Source of the DNA: Balanoglossus misakiensis
Taxonomy: Eukaryota; Animalia; Hemichordata
Length of the DNA stretch: 64,000 nt
Reading direction: 5' to 3'
Assembly (NCBI GenBank): GCA_040954595.2
Contig: CM082592.2
Span: 1,550,001-1,614,000 of the forward strand
In this document: piece by piece, positions 13,744-25,200 of the stretch
Layout of the letters: every line of letters starts with the position of its first letter
Position numbering within the stretch: the stretch's first letter is position 1
Notes under the pieces: generated by a model
What the model saw: the letters and a program-made list of their open reading frames with translations, nothing else
Databases searched by the model: none
What the model was told of the DNA's origin: nothing
Translations under genes and position numbers: made by a program

Positions 13744-15223
13744 TCGGCCGGGTAAACCCTCACACATCTCTCCCCGTTCTCTCTTGATTTCCTTGTCACT
13801 GCATTTCCGCTCAAGATCCAACTTCTTTCGAGTCTCTTCGAGTTGCTCTTCAGCACGTATGGCACGCTCCCTTTCAATACGGTACTGTTGGTCAATTTCC
13901 GCTGCTTGTGACACTGCTTGCTGTTGCTGGCGTAATTCCGCACGCAGTCGATCAATTTCATTCCGCAACTCCTCCATCTTCAGATTAATTTGCACAGATT
14001 ACGATGATAAATAGCAATTCCCAGTATAACGAAATGTAATATTTCCATATTAAATTATTCAATCGGCATATGATGCATTTTTACGTAGCTTTTAGGGAAA
14101 ACTAGTAGAGAAACTTATATATATCTATTTTATATTATCCTTTGATTTTCTTTTGGTATTTTAGTCGAATATGCACAGATTACAGAAATAAAATAGCGAC
14201 AATTTCCCCACAATGAGAAAAATGTGCGACTTCCTTTTTTTTTTAGCTTAGGAAACAATTTGAAAATTTAGCAAATTCAGTCAATAACAGTTATCACATC
14301 CACAATTAACAGGTTTACCACATCAAAATTCTTATATCAAAATAACTAGGCGCATGTAACAAACACCCAAAGCACGGAAATAAATATACCAATTCAAAAG
14401 ATATATAGCAATTAAATACTACATCAAATAGAAAACTGGAATTTCCACAGTAACCAATATTGGAATAAAGTAAATGTAAACAAAAATGATAAGAAAATAA
14501 CGATGTACGCTTCAAATTACATTAATTCACACTATTCCATGTACATCGTTAACGAGGAGTCACATTCCCAGTTATACACAATGTCCGTTAAATCAAAAGT
14601 CCATAAATACATATATCTCAAAAGAAAAGCCGACAAACGAGTTCTTATCTGGAACACTTCGGAACGCCGGTCCCGTGCTTTCGCTGTGAGCAGCCCTCGA
14701 CATCGGGATTGGTCGCTGAATCTGCGATGGGGGTCCTTTTCAATGCTGCAACCACGTCACTGGATCCTGCCGACTACGCCAAATGTGACCAAGGGTTCAC
14801 TTCCAATGTGGGTCGCTCATTCCACACGTCACTCCCGGACCAATGAAACGTACAGCACTCAATATTCCAGTTATGCAACCAAGATTTATTGCAACATATA
14901 CGCATGGGGACATACAAAGAAAACCCCCACCACTTTGTAGGTTAACGGAGAGGAGTAGGCCTCCAAAATCACCGTCGTCTACGGACCATATCACAGCACA
15001 GCCACCACGGAACTGCACGGTTGTGCGTAACGAAATGAAATGAACCGCGTGGCATAAATTTGAGGGTCTTTTATAGTGCGTACCAGGTGGCTTGGATGCA
15101 TATGCAAATTATTACGCGCAAAACATGTAGGATCAATAACCGATCAATAAAATGTCATTGAAAAGGGCTCCACTGAAACAAAAACAAAACATCCCCCCAA
15201 AAAGATTAATTTCACCTGTCACA
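13744..15223 (-). mobile_element. 5' part of a second LTR retrotransposon (5' LTR, PBS, leader, start of gag)
   Basis: 440-bp LTR 14784-15223 with TGTGAC...GTCACA ends, plus minus-strand TATAAAA and AATAAA. PBS is adjacent. A coiled-coil ORF starts MEELRNEIDRLRAEL. Absent from copy A. Confidence 0.85.
14764..14781 (-). promoter_or_regulatory. Primer-binding site complementary to the tRNA-Ser 3' end
   Basis: Plus strand atcctgccgactacgcca matches the 3' 18 nt of metazoan tRNA-Ser including CCA (recalled sequence). It lies 2 nt from the LTR end. Confidence 0.85.
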
Positions 15224-16706
15224 AACACACAGATGTTTTTCAGGGGAATTCTGATGAAACAGAGAGAGCTTTTTCCAAATCTTTGTCAGTTGTTTGTTAT
15301 AGCACTTACCTGCCCTGTGACATCTGTGAGCTGTGAGAGAGGTTTCTCACAATACAATTTGACAAAAACTACTCACAGGAATCTGCTGACTATTCAACAT
15401 ATTAACAATCTTATGATGATAAGTATTGAAGGACCACACGTCAAAGAGTTTGACTTTGATGCAGCATTTGATGTATGGATCCGTATGAAGGATAGACGGG
15501 CTTTTGCCAACATGCAATTAAAAGTTACTGAGAATGATATCAGGGAGGCAGAACATAGTGTTGACGTAATAGAGTCTCAGCTTGCCAGGATGGCAGATGG
15601 AATGAATACACTAGTAAAGGAAACTGAGATGCATTAGATGTATCATCCTTTATTGCATACAAACGTGTACCACATGAGTATTGTAATAAACAAAACAAAA
15701 TCCAGAAAATCTCATTTGTGTTGTATTTATTTTAAGTAGAAGTAAACATTCGTGTCTACAAATTTATTCGTCAAGCAGGATAAAATTGCGAAAAAAATGG
15801 CTAATCAATTTCTAATTTGGCTAATTGAATTTAGGTGTTATTAGCCAAAATGGCTAATGCTTTTGAAATCCTACCGCTAACACTGTGATGGTATGTATAA
15901 CTTATGCCTTCAGTGTTCTTATTTTAAAGGGAAATATTTCTAAATTAAACCCTATTGATACAAAGACCTGTGAATTGTAAATAAGTTACTAACATGTACG
16001 TGTATACAACTTAAAAAATGCATAGTTTCGATGGCAATGTCTGGCTTTTTCTAACTTATACTTCCTGTAAAATTATGATGTCTTCCATCCAGGCTGGTAT
16101 CATCAGGGAAAGATGTCCTCCTCTTTGCAGAATGTTTGGGGGGTGGGGGACTTCCACTCTGACATGAGGGACTGTATCCCCATTGCCAAATTGCTAGTAG
16201 GGGTGGCAATGATGTCAACAGGGGTGAATCGCCCCATCCCTCTGTCCATATAAACATTGATTATGCTCTCTACCCACTTGATTTAGTACTTACTAGTGTT
16301 ATCCCTATCTTGGAAATGCACATGATTATGGCACTTCCCCGGTATGCATGTAACAATCATAGACAATGCTAAATGTACTGCTCAGTAATACTTCATCTGC
16401 GTAAACAAACAAACAAATCATATTCTTTTATTGGATGAATTCAATATACAGGTATAACTATAAGTACTGCTGTGGATATGTTGTTGAATATGTGTGTATC
16501 TGTTTTTATACTGCTGCAGGTATTTACAACTCAGTCAAATTTGGTGTTGACTGTATGAAGTTTTGGAGTACCTCAGACAGTGCAAAAGAAAAGAACTGCA
16601 ACCGGGTTAATAGCGAGCAAAAACAAGAGACAACGAATAGCAAACACACATACTTAGTAAATAACATTACAATAACAATGTAACGTGTTGGCGATGCATA
16701 TCCTAC

Positions 16707-17630
16707 TTGCACCAAACCCTTGTTACAGCACTATTGGTATGGCCATCTCAGGAACAGATTCGAGGTTGGATGCCATTAGATTTTAGAAAGGATTTTCCAC
16801 ACACACGAGTGATATTGGACTGCACTAATTTTTTTGTAGATAGACCCAGTAATAAGGAAGAAACGGGTTTACTGTTTAGTCAGATCTTACGACTTCTGTC
16901 AAATCCAGCATCACCGAGAAGTTTGCATACCGTGACCGAGCGAGCTAGCCACATTGAAAGAAACTGATTATTTAGTGAGCAGGCAAGTACATTTCTGTCG
17001 GGAAAAGAAAATATACACAAATCACAAAGTAATATACTTACACTGCAACACATCCACAGCCCGCGGAAGCACCTCTGCTTTCTTAGTCAGCAGTATCCAA
17101 GTTTCGTAATGATCGGCTGCTTGTCTCTGCTTTGGTTTGACTTGCCCTTTGATGAACATGGGCGAAGTCTGGGCGATTTTCAATAGACCCAAGACTCAAA
17201 CTTTCAACATGATCGTCCTTGTACATAAAAATAACATCATCTGAATGATAATTACTCAGTCTTTTTGGAGTCCAGTTACAATAAGACACAATATATGCGA
17301 ACACATCGCCTATTGTTAACAAAGGCATACTATGCAGGTCTCGGCTCCAGACGACCGCCGCTCCGTACAAATCGACAACTTTACCGTCATCGTCAACAAC
17401 ACGTCTTCGTTTTCGTTCAGCTTTTTCATTGTCACATTTCTCAATGACATCGTATGTAATATCTGCCTTACTTGCTAACACAACCAATTCTTGTTTGTTT
17501 TTTTCTTCCAAATGAGAGGATACCTCTCTCACTTAAAAAATTCTTCAACTCGTCGACACGCATCTACCGAAAACTGTCGGTCATTTTGAAAAAGTATCGA
17601 CCGCTAGACACTTTTCTTACTAACCTAGGG
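16707..17630. mobile_element. ISL2EU/Harbinger-like remnant (copy B)
   Basis: Duplicate of 5782-6700. Confidence 0.6.
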
Positions 17631-17634
17631 GGTT

Positions 17635-19535
17635 ATGAACAAAGGCGTTATTGCACTACGCGTAAAGAACTGCTGGCTATAGTACGTTTCACACGCCAAT
17701 TTCGACATTACCTGTTGGGTAATCACTTCACAGTGAGGACGGACCATAGCAGGACGTTTCAAAGACCCGCAGGGACAACTTGCTAGTTGGCTGGAAGAAT
17801 TGAGTCAATACAATATGACCGTAGAACATCGCCCAGGGAAAAAGCATTGTAATGCCGATGTGTTATCGAGGATACCTGTTGATATCGGGTGTCAGGAGTA
17901 CAAACAATATCGAACCAGACGAGCTGCCCTGTGGAGGTTGCAAATAATGTAAGCCCGTCCACCGAAATTGGGCAAGTTTTATTGATGAGGTCGATGACGT
18001 TGTACCACTGGCGCAAGGCACTGGCATTCAAAAAGAAATACAGTGTGTTCACCCTACATCACCTTGTAATAGTGTTCCAGGTGAAGACATTGATTACAGT
18101 TATGGATTAGACTGGTTGTGGAATCCTGTGGTGAGGGAACACATACCAGCGGAAACTCATGCGAGAAGACAAGTGCAATCTGTAACTGTGGATAGCGAAA
18201 CACACCATACAAATTTAGAGATTGTATCAAAGCCGTGCCTTGAACAGATCTCCCACATGTATCCCAAGATATATGTTATGACCCGAGCCGATTCCATAAG
18301 AGCTGAAGTCTCTAGTTATGGTAGCGATAACCTTGTTATCATGGTTACGCTCAAAGGAAACACCTTCCGAAGGACAACTGTTTTTGTGATATTTGTAGTC
18401 AAAATAAGAAACCCACCCGACACGCAAAGTGTACATTAACTGACTACCATGCAAGCAGTCCCATGGAACGAGTCCACCTAGATTTCTTGGTGCCTCTGCC
18501 AAAGACAGACAAGGGAAACGAATGCATTTTAGTCATGGTAGATCAGTTTACAAAGTGGGTAGAATGTGTACCACTTCCATCACAAACGGTAGAAGTCACT
18601 GCGCAAGCGGCGATGAACGAACTCTTTTCTCGTTTTGGCTACCCGTTTCTGATATTTACTGATCAGGGTAGGAACTTTGAGAGTAAATTGTTTACTGCTA
18701 TTTGTGAGGTACTCAAAATACACAAGGCCAGGACTACACCGTATCGACCCTCTGCTAATGGCCATCAAGTAGAACGTTACAATCGAACCCTAATGGATGC
18801 CGTTAGGTGTTTTATTGGCAATTCGCAAAATAAATGGGACAAATATCTGCACCAAATAGTAGGCGCATTGAGATCATCCGTAAATCGTCAAACTGGGTTC
18901 AAACCCATAAGTTGATGCTCGGACGGGAAGTAAATCATCCCGCAGATCTAATGTTTGGCAATTTATCTAACAACAGATGTCAATCAGAAGACACTTACGT
19001 AGTTAGAGTTAGAAAATGCCATAAAATTTGCTCACGAAGTCGCTCGCGAAACTCTAAAAACGAGCCAGAAACGAATGAAACGTGACTACGATATTAAAGC
19101 GAATAGTCATACATATCACGTGGGAGATATATATCGGATACTGCTATAAAACCTGGAAAATGTAGGAAACTTTCAAAACCATGGAAAGGACCAGGTGTAA
19201 TAATAGAAAAAAGAACACCATTCATATTTAGAGTTAATTTACCCAGGATGATTATTACTGTGAACCATGATAGACTAACATTGTGCAAACAAGAGAAACT
19301 ACCATCATGGATAGTAAAGTACAAGTCCAACCTAGAGAAAAACAAAAATAGGACTAATTCATCAAGGGAACAAACATCTGACAAATTGTATTGTATTTGT
19401 AGAAAGCCAGATGATGGCAAACTCATGATACAGTGCGATTCTTGCTATGAGTGGTACCATGGTGTGTGCGTAGGGTTAACTTCACAAAACGTCGTAGATA
19501 TTGACAGATATACTTGCCCTATGTGTGCACTATAA
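17635..19535 (+). pseudogene. pol: Gypsy Pol: RNase H, integrase and PHD finger (copy B)
   Basis: Duplicate of 6710-8728 with extra deletions; PHD at 19386-19535. Confidence 0.9.
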
Positions 19536-19709
19536 TCATGGAAAATGCATGTGAATTAACAAAATAGTTTCCATGTTTAATTTTTCAGACATCCTACCAA
19601 CCCGTGGCCAACGGATCGGGCAGGAATTATCCTTAGGAATAGGGGAACTGAAGAGAAGAATCATTATTTGTTACTTTATTATAAAGGTTTTTATTTACAT
19701 TTAATTTAA

Positions 19710-21192
19710 ATGGCTGAAGAACGCCAGAAGAAACCCTCTAGTCTGCGTGACCCTGAACGGTGGCGACGTGTGGTGAACAGCATCGGAGAAAAGATCGCAA
19801 GAAGATACCTGATTCCGGCCCAGGAATTAATGTCAGAGCTTGGTTTCTGCATGGGCCTGGAGTCAGGTATCATTCAAGATCTGGTCATCGGGCAATACAA
19901 GATCGCCGTTCAGAGAGGAGACTTGGGGTGGGTAACAGTGAGTTTTGCTGCTCATTGGCCTGGATGCAGGAGAACATCCCTCACAAAAACCCCAGTATGA
20001 ATAAACCAAAGGTGAAGCCAGTCTACCACCATGAGCTTAACAAGCGAGGAATGGTCAGAGACTGTGGACTAAGCTACTGGACGGACCTAGTTACAACCAG
20101 ACATAATGCGGCAACTGGAGAGGAAGTTTCAATATCAGCATCCACTCCAACGGACCAGGCCGGAACCCTAGTAGACAGTAACAGTCCTGACAAGACACCG
20201 ACAGCTGAAGCTAAGGGGAAAGACGTTCACTCGGAACAATCTCGTCGACACGAGGAGGCGAATGAACGTACACCAGCTACAGCAACAACTTCAGCTTCAA
20301 CCACCGACCAGGCCAGCCAGCGGTCAGTCCCACCTCCCGCCCCAACCAAGGGGAAACGTCGGTTTCAGTCGACGGCAGAGAAGAAGGAGAAGAAACGGGA
20401 AAACTTTAAAGTTACTTCTACCTTCTCCGTGGTATCCGGAGGGGAGTACGAAATCTCCAGAAAGGTTTCCCGGACAAATCAGTCAACGGTGAAGGGGGGG
20501 GGACAACCATCAATCCCGTCTATCCCAACTGACCCTGGCAGCAGAGCAGCCAACTCTGGTAAAAACCCGGACAGAAAGAAGAATCGCCAGAAGCTATGCA
20601 AGTGCCCCGTACAGGACTGCTCCCTGACAACGTCAAAGCTAAAACACCACGTCCTGTACACTCACATCTCACCCGCATTATGGGAGATGAAATACCGCCA
20701 TGAAGAACCGGACACCGAAAAAAATGGGCATGGCTCTAGATCAGCTAGCTAAGTGGATCCTCGGCACTGGGGCGACGAAGGAGATGCTTTGGAGGTCCTT
20801 CATGGACGACCAGAGCGAAGTGGAGAGGATACAAGCCACCTCTGAGCTGTCCGACGAATATCAAAGGCTGATGAGACACCTGTGCCTTTCGAATAGTTTC
20901 GAGATCCCAGAAAAGTTTTTGCTGAAGCCGCCGAACTCCCCAGCGGTGATCATCTATTGGGGGATTATCTCCATCATGATCAGCAGGATATCACCGGAGC
21001 AAAGGAAACAGTTCCGTGAGCTGTTTGATTCATTCCGGGGTGATGAACCGTCGACAGCGGTGAGGCCTGGGGGTGAATCAGCAAATAACGGAAATCCGGG
21101 GAAGGCACTGACAGACCACCAGAGAGCCATCAATCTACCGCCACAACCCCAGTTCCAGCGGATGAGATGGAGGCGGAGACACAAAAAACGAA
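19710..21192 (+). pseudogene. N-terminal part of the Gypsy accessory ORF (low-complexity linker, putative C2H2-like zinc finger, helical region)
   Basis: Overlapping ORFs 19710-20000, 19760-20752 and 20700-21299 join through frameshifts; motif CPVQDC-x8-HHVLYTH. Confidence 0.55.
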
Positions 21193-22021
21193 GTGTTTCC
21201 AGAAGCATGGGATTCACATTACCACCTGGACCGCACAAGTCGATGCCTGTTTTGGAAAGGGTGGGAAGTGACATCAGACGAGCTCCTAAGAGCACCTGAT
21301 CTACCAATGCCTAAACATCCGGTACACTCCATCCACGGAATCGAAGTCTACAGTGAACCCGATCAATACCCATCCAACTTCGATAGGAAAGAAAACTGGA
21401 AGGTCGCACTGGGGGTGCATCCGAAAGCCATCCACCGACTGACCGACGAGGAATTCCAGAAACTTGGAGAGCTGATCTTGTCGCCTCAAGTGATCGCCCT
21501 CGGTGAAGTCGGTCTTGACAGGATGACCCCGTCGATCAACTGGAAAAAAACAAGAGGAGACCCTGGTGCGACTTCTGGAGTTGGGGATGCTAAGGAAGCC
21601 GATCATTTTACACATACGTGGCACCCACGCGGATAGATATTACATCGATGTCTGTGGCTGCGCCATGAGAATCTTGCGGCAATGTTGTGCGCCCATGCAA
21701 CGGGTGCGCCTCCATTGTTTCTCTGGCAACTGTTGGCTGGCACATCGTTGGATGAGGGAGTTCTCTAATATCTACTTCGGCTTCACTGGTCTGGTGGCAA
21801 CATTTGATAGGGAGAAGAGGCGGGCTCTACAGGAAATCCTGGGAAGCAAATTACTTATAGAAACTGATTCCCCGTACTTCCCGCTGACCCCAGAAGTTGA
21901 CGTGAACACTCCATGATACATCGGAGACGTGGTATCCGCAGTAGCAGAAGTGAGGGGAGTATCCACCCGCGAACTGCTGGAGATTACCGTGGCCAACAAC
22001 AAAAAATTGTATCAAGTGTAA
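21193..22021 (+). pseudogene. tatD: TatD-family metal-dependent nuclease domain at the end of the Gypsy accessory ORF
   Basis: DSHYHLD, LGVHPK, ALGEVGLD, PIILHIR, LHCFSG, YFGFTG and LLIETDSPY occur in order. There is a frameshift in an A-run near 21550, an in-frame TGA at 21914-21916 and the terminal TAA at 22019-22021. Confidence 0.9.
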
Positions 22022-22245
22022 AGCCCTGCTCCATCCTAAACGTAGATACGGTGGAAATATTTCAGTTACAGAACAGTTTACTATAAACAATTTATTTTCA
22101 AGGAATGTCTAATTCCGTCTACTCGGAGACAGACTTTTCTCGCATATTTCATAGTGAACTATTATATTTCGTTACAGTCCGTTGGTACAGTAGCCGACAT
22201 TTGACGCCCGATTATATAGGATTTATTGGTGCCCTGGAAACAAGC

Positions 22246-22266
22246 CAAAAATAGAACGGAGGAGAG
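22246..22266 (+). promoter_or_regulatory. Polypurine tract of the Gypsy element
   Basis: aaaaatagaacggaggagag followed directly by TGTAG, a typical PPT-LTR junction. Confidence 0.7.
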
Positions 22267-25200
22267 TGTAGAACACACTGGCAGGAGCGCATTAAAAGAA
22301 AGTTTTCCGATAGACTCTGTAGATCGACAGTTTGTTCTAAAATATTGTTGTGGAACGAGGTTATTGCGTCATAGTGCCTATCATATCCCTCGACTCCCGA
22401 AGAACTACGAGGATGACGTTACATCCGGGATCCCTCACTCTTCCGTCGGCTGCTTCACTTGCTATCCGAACCCCCAACCGACTAGACGTGCGTACGTGCT
22501 TATCCGATCCGCCTAACTACTACTAGTGTAAAACTACCAGTCCAAGTGACATCATAGCTACTTAAGCTATGTAGGTGTATCCTTGCACAAAGTCACAGTA
22601 TTAGTGTCAGTGTAAACACTACAATATCCATGGTTGCTTCCAAACGCCGTCTTGTTATTTGCATATTCCGTTGTGATGCGTGGAACACACAGGCCTGAGT
22701 GCATGTAGATCGACGATTTGTTATAAAATATCCACGAATGCTTCAAAACGCCGTCTTTTTCTTTGAATATTCCGTTGTGATGCGTAGAACACACAGGCCG
22801 GAGCGCAAAAGAAAGTTTTCCGGTAGACTCTGTAGATCGACGGTTTGTTCTAAAATATCCATGGTTGCTTCCAAACGCCGTCTTCTTATTTTCATATTCC
22901 GTTGTGATGCGTAGAACACATAGGCCTGAGTGCATAAGAAAATTTTCCAGTAGACTCTGTAGATCGACGGTGTGTTCTAAAATATCCATGGTTGCTTCCA
23001 AACGCCGTCTTGTTATTTTCATATTCCGTCGTGATGCGTAGAACACACAGGCCGGAGTGCATAAGAAAATTTTCCAGTAGACTCTGTAGATCGACGGTGT
23101 GTTCTAAGATATCCATGGCTGCTTCCAAACGCCGTCTTGTTATTTTTATATTCCGTCGTGATGCGTAGAACACACAGGCCGGAGTGCATTAGAACATTTT
23201 CCAGTAGACTCTGTAGATCGACGGTGTGTTCTAAGATATCCATGGTTGCTTCCAAACGCCGTCTTGTTATTTTCATATTCCGTCGTGATGCGTAGAACAC
23301 ACAGGCCGGAGTGCATTAGAACATTTTCCAGTAGACTCTGTAGATCGACGGTGTGTTCTAAGATATCCATGGTTGCTTCCAAACGCCGTCTTGTTATTTT
23401 CATATTCCGTCGTGATGCGTAGAACACACAGGCCGGAGTGCATTAGAACATTTTCCAGTAGACTCTGTAGATCGACGGTGTGTTCTAAGATATCCATGGT
23501 TGCTTCCAAACGCCGTCTTGTTATTTTCATATTCCGTCGTGATGCGTAGAACACACAGGCCGGAGTGCATTAGAACATTTTCCAGTAGACTCTGTAGATC
23601 GACGGTGTGTTCTAAGATATCCATGGTTGCTTCCAAACGCCGTCTTGTTATTTTCATATTCCGTCGTGATGCGTAGAACACACAGGCCGGAGTGCATTAG
23701 AAAATTTTCCAGTAGACTCTGTAGATCGACGGTGTGTTCTAAAATATCCATGGTTGCTTCCAAACGCCGTCTTGTTATTTTCATATTCCGTCGTGATGCG
23801 TAGAACACACAGGCCGGAGTGCATAAGAAAATTTTCCAGTAGACTCTGTAGATCGACGGTGTGTTCTAAAATATCCATGGTTGCTTCCAAACGCCGTCTT
23901 GTTATTTTCATATTCCGTCGTGATGCGTAGAACACACAGGCCGGAGTGCATAAGAAAATTTTCCAGTAGACTCTGTAGATCGACGGTGTGTTCTAATATA
24001 TCCATGGTTGCTTCCAAACGCCGTCTTGTTATTTTTATATTCCGTCGTGATGCGTAGAACACACAGGCCGGAGTGCATTAGAACATTTTCCAGTAGACTC
24101 TGTAGATCGACGGTGTGTTCTAAGATATCCATGGTTGCTTCCAAACGCCGTCTTGTTATTTTCATATTCCGTCGTGATGCGTAGAACACACAGGCCGGAG
24201 TGCATTAGAACATTTTCCAGTAGACTCTGTAGATCGACGGTGTGTTCTAAGATATCCATGGTTGCTTCCAAACGCCGTCTTGTTATTTTCATATTCCGTC
24301 GTGATGCGTAGAACACACAGGCCGGAGTGCATTATAACATTTTCCAGTAGACTCTGTAGATCGACGGTGTGTTCTAAGATATCCATGGTTGCTTCCAAAC
24401 GCCGTCTTGTTATTTTCATATTCCGTCGTGATGCGTAGAACACACAGGCCGGAGTGCATTAGAACATTTTCCAGTAGACTCTGTAGATCGACGGTGTGTT
24501 CTAAGATATCCATGGTTGCTTCCAAACGCCGTCTTGTTATTTTCATATTCCGTCGTGATGCGTAGAACACACAGGCCGGAGTGCATTAGAACATTTTCCA
24601 GTAGACTCTGTAGATCGACGGTGTGTTCTAAAATATCCATGGTTGCTTCCAAACGCCGTCTTGTTATTTTCATATTCCGTCGTGATGCGTAGAACACACA
24701 GGCCGGAGTGCATAAGAAAATTTTCCAGTAGACTCTGTAGATCGACGGTGTGTTCTAAAATATCCATGGTTGCTTCCAAACGCCGTCTTGTTATTTTCAT
24801 ATTCCGTCGTGATGCGTAGAACACACAGGCCGGAGTGCATAAGAAAATTTTCCAGTAGACTCTGTAGATCGACGGTGTGTTCTAATATAGCCATGGTTGC
24901 TTCCAAACGCCGTCTTGTTATTTTCATATTCCGTCGTGATGCGTAGAACACACAGGCCGGAGTGCATAAGAAAATTTTCCAGTAGACTCTGTAGATCGAC
25001 GGTGTGTTCTAAAATATCCATGGTTGCTTCCAAACGCCGTCTTGTTATTTTCATATTCCGTCGTGATGCGTAGAACACACAGGCCGGAGTGCATAAGAAA
25101 ATTTTCCAGTAGACTCTGTAGATCGACGGTGTGTTCTAATATATCCATGGTTGCTTCCAAACGCCGTCTTGTTATTTTCATATTCCGTCGTGATGCGTAG

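Larger units (their letters stand above)
13130..15885 (+). mobile_element. hAT transposon remnant (copy B), interrupted by an LTR element
   Basis: Duplicate of 3620-4959, split at 13743/15224. Confidence 0.75.
8978..19784. repeat. Tandem segmental duplication, copy B
   Basis: Same order of parts as copy A. Differs by scattered SNPs, a 1.48-kb insertion (13744-15223) and a roughly 100-bp deletion near 17633. Confidence 0.95.

Noticed and set aside
14764-14781. tRNA-Ser gene
   Set aside because: Only the 3' 18 nt including CCA are present, next to an LTR end, so it is a PBS.
21193-22021. Bacterial contamination or a host tatD gene
   Set aside because: It is continuous with a longer accessory ORF between Gypsy pol and a PPT, with no operon or exon structure. 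Its ultimate origin remains open.
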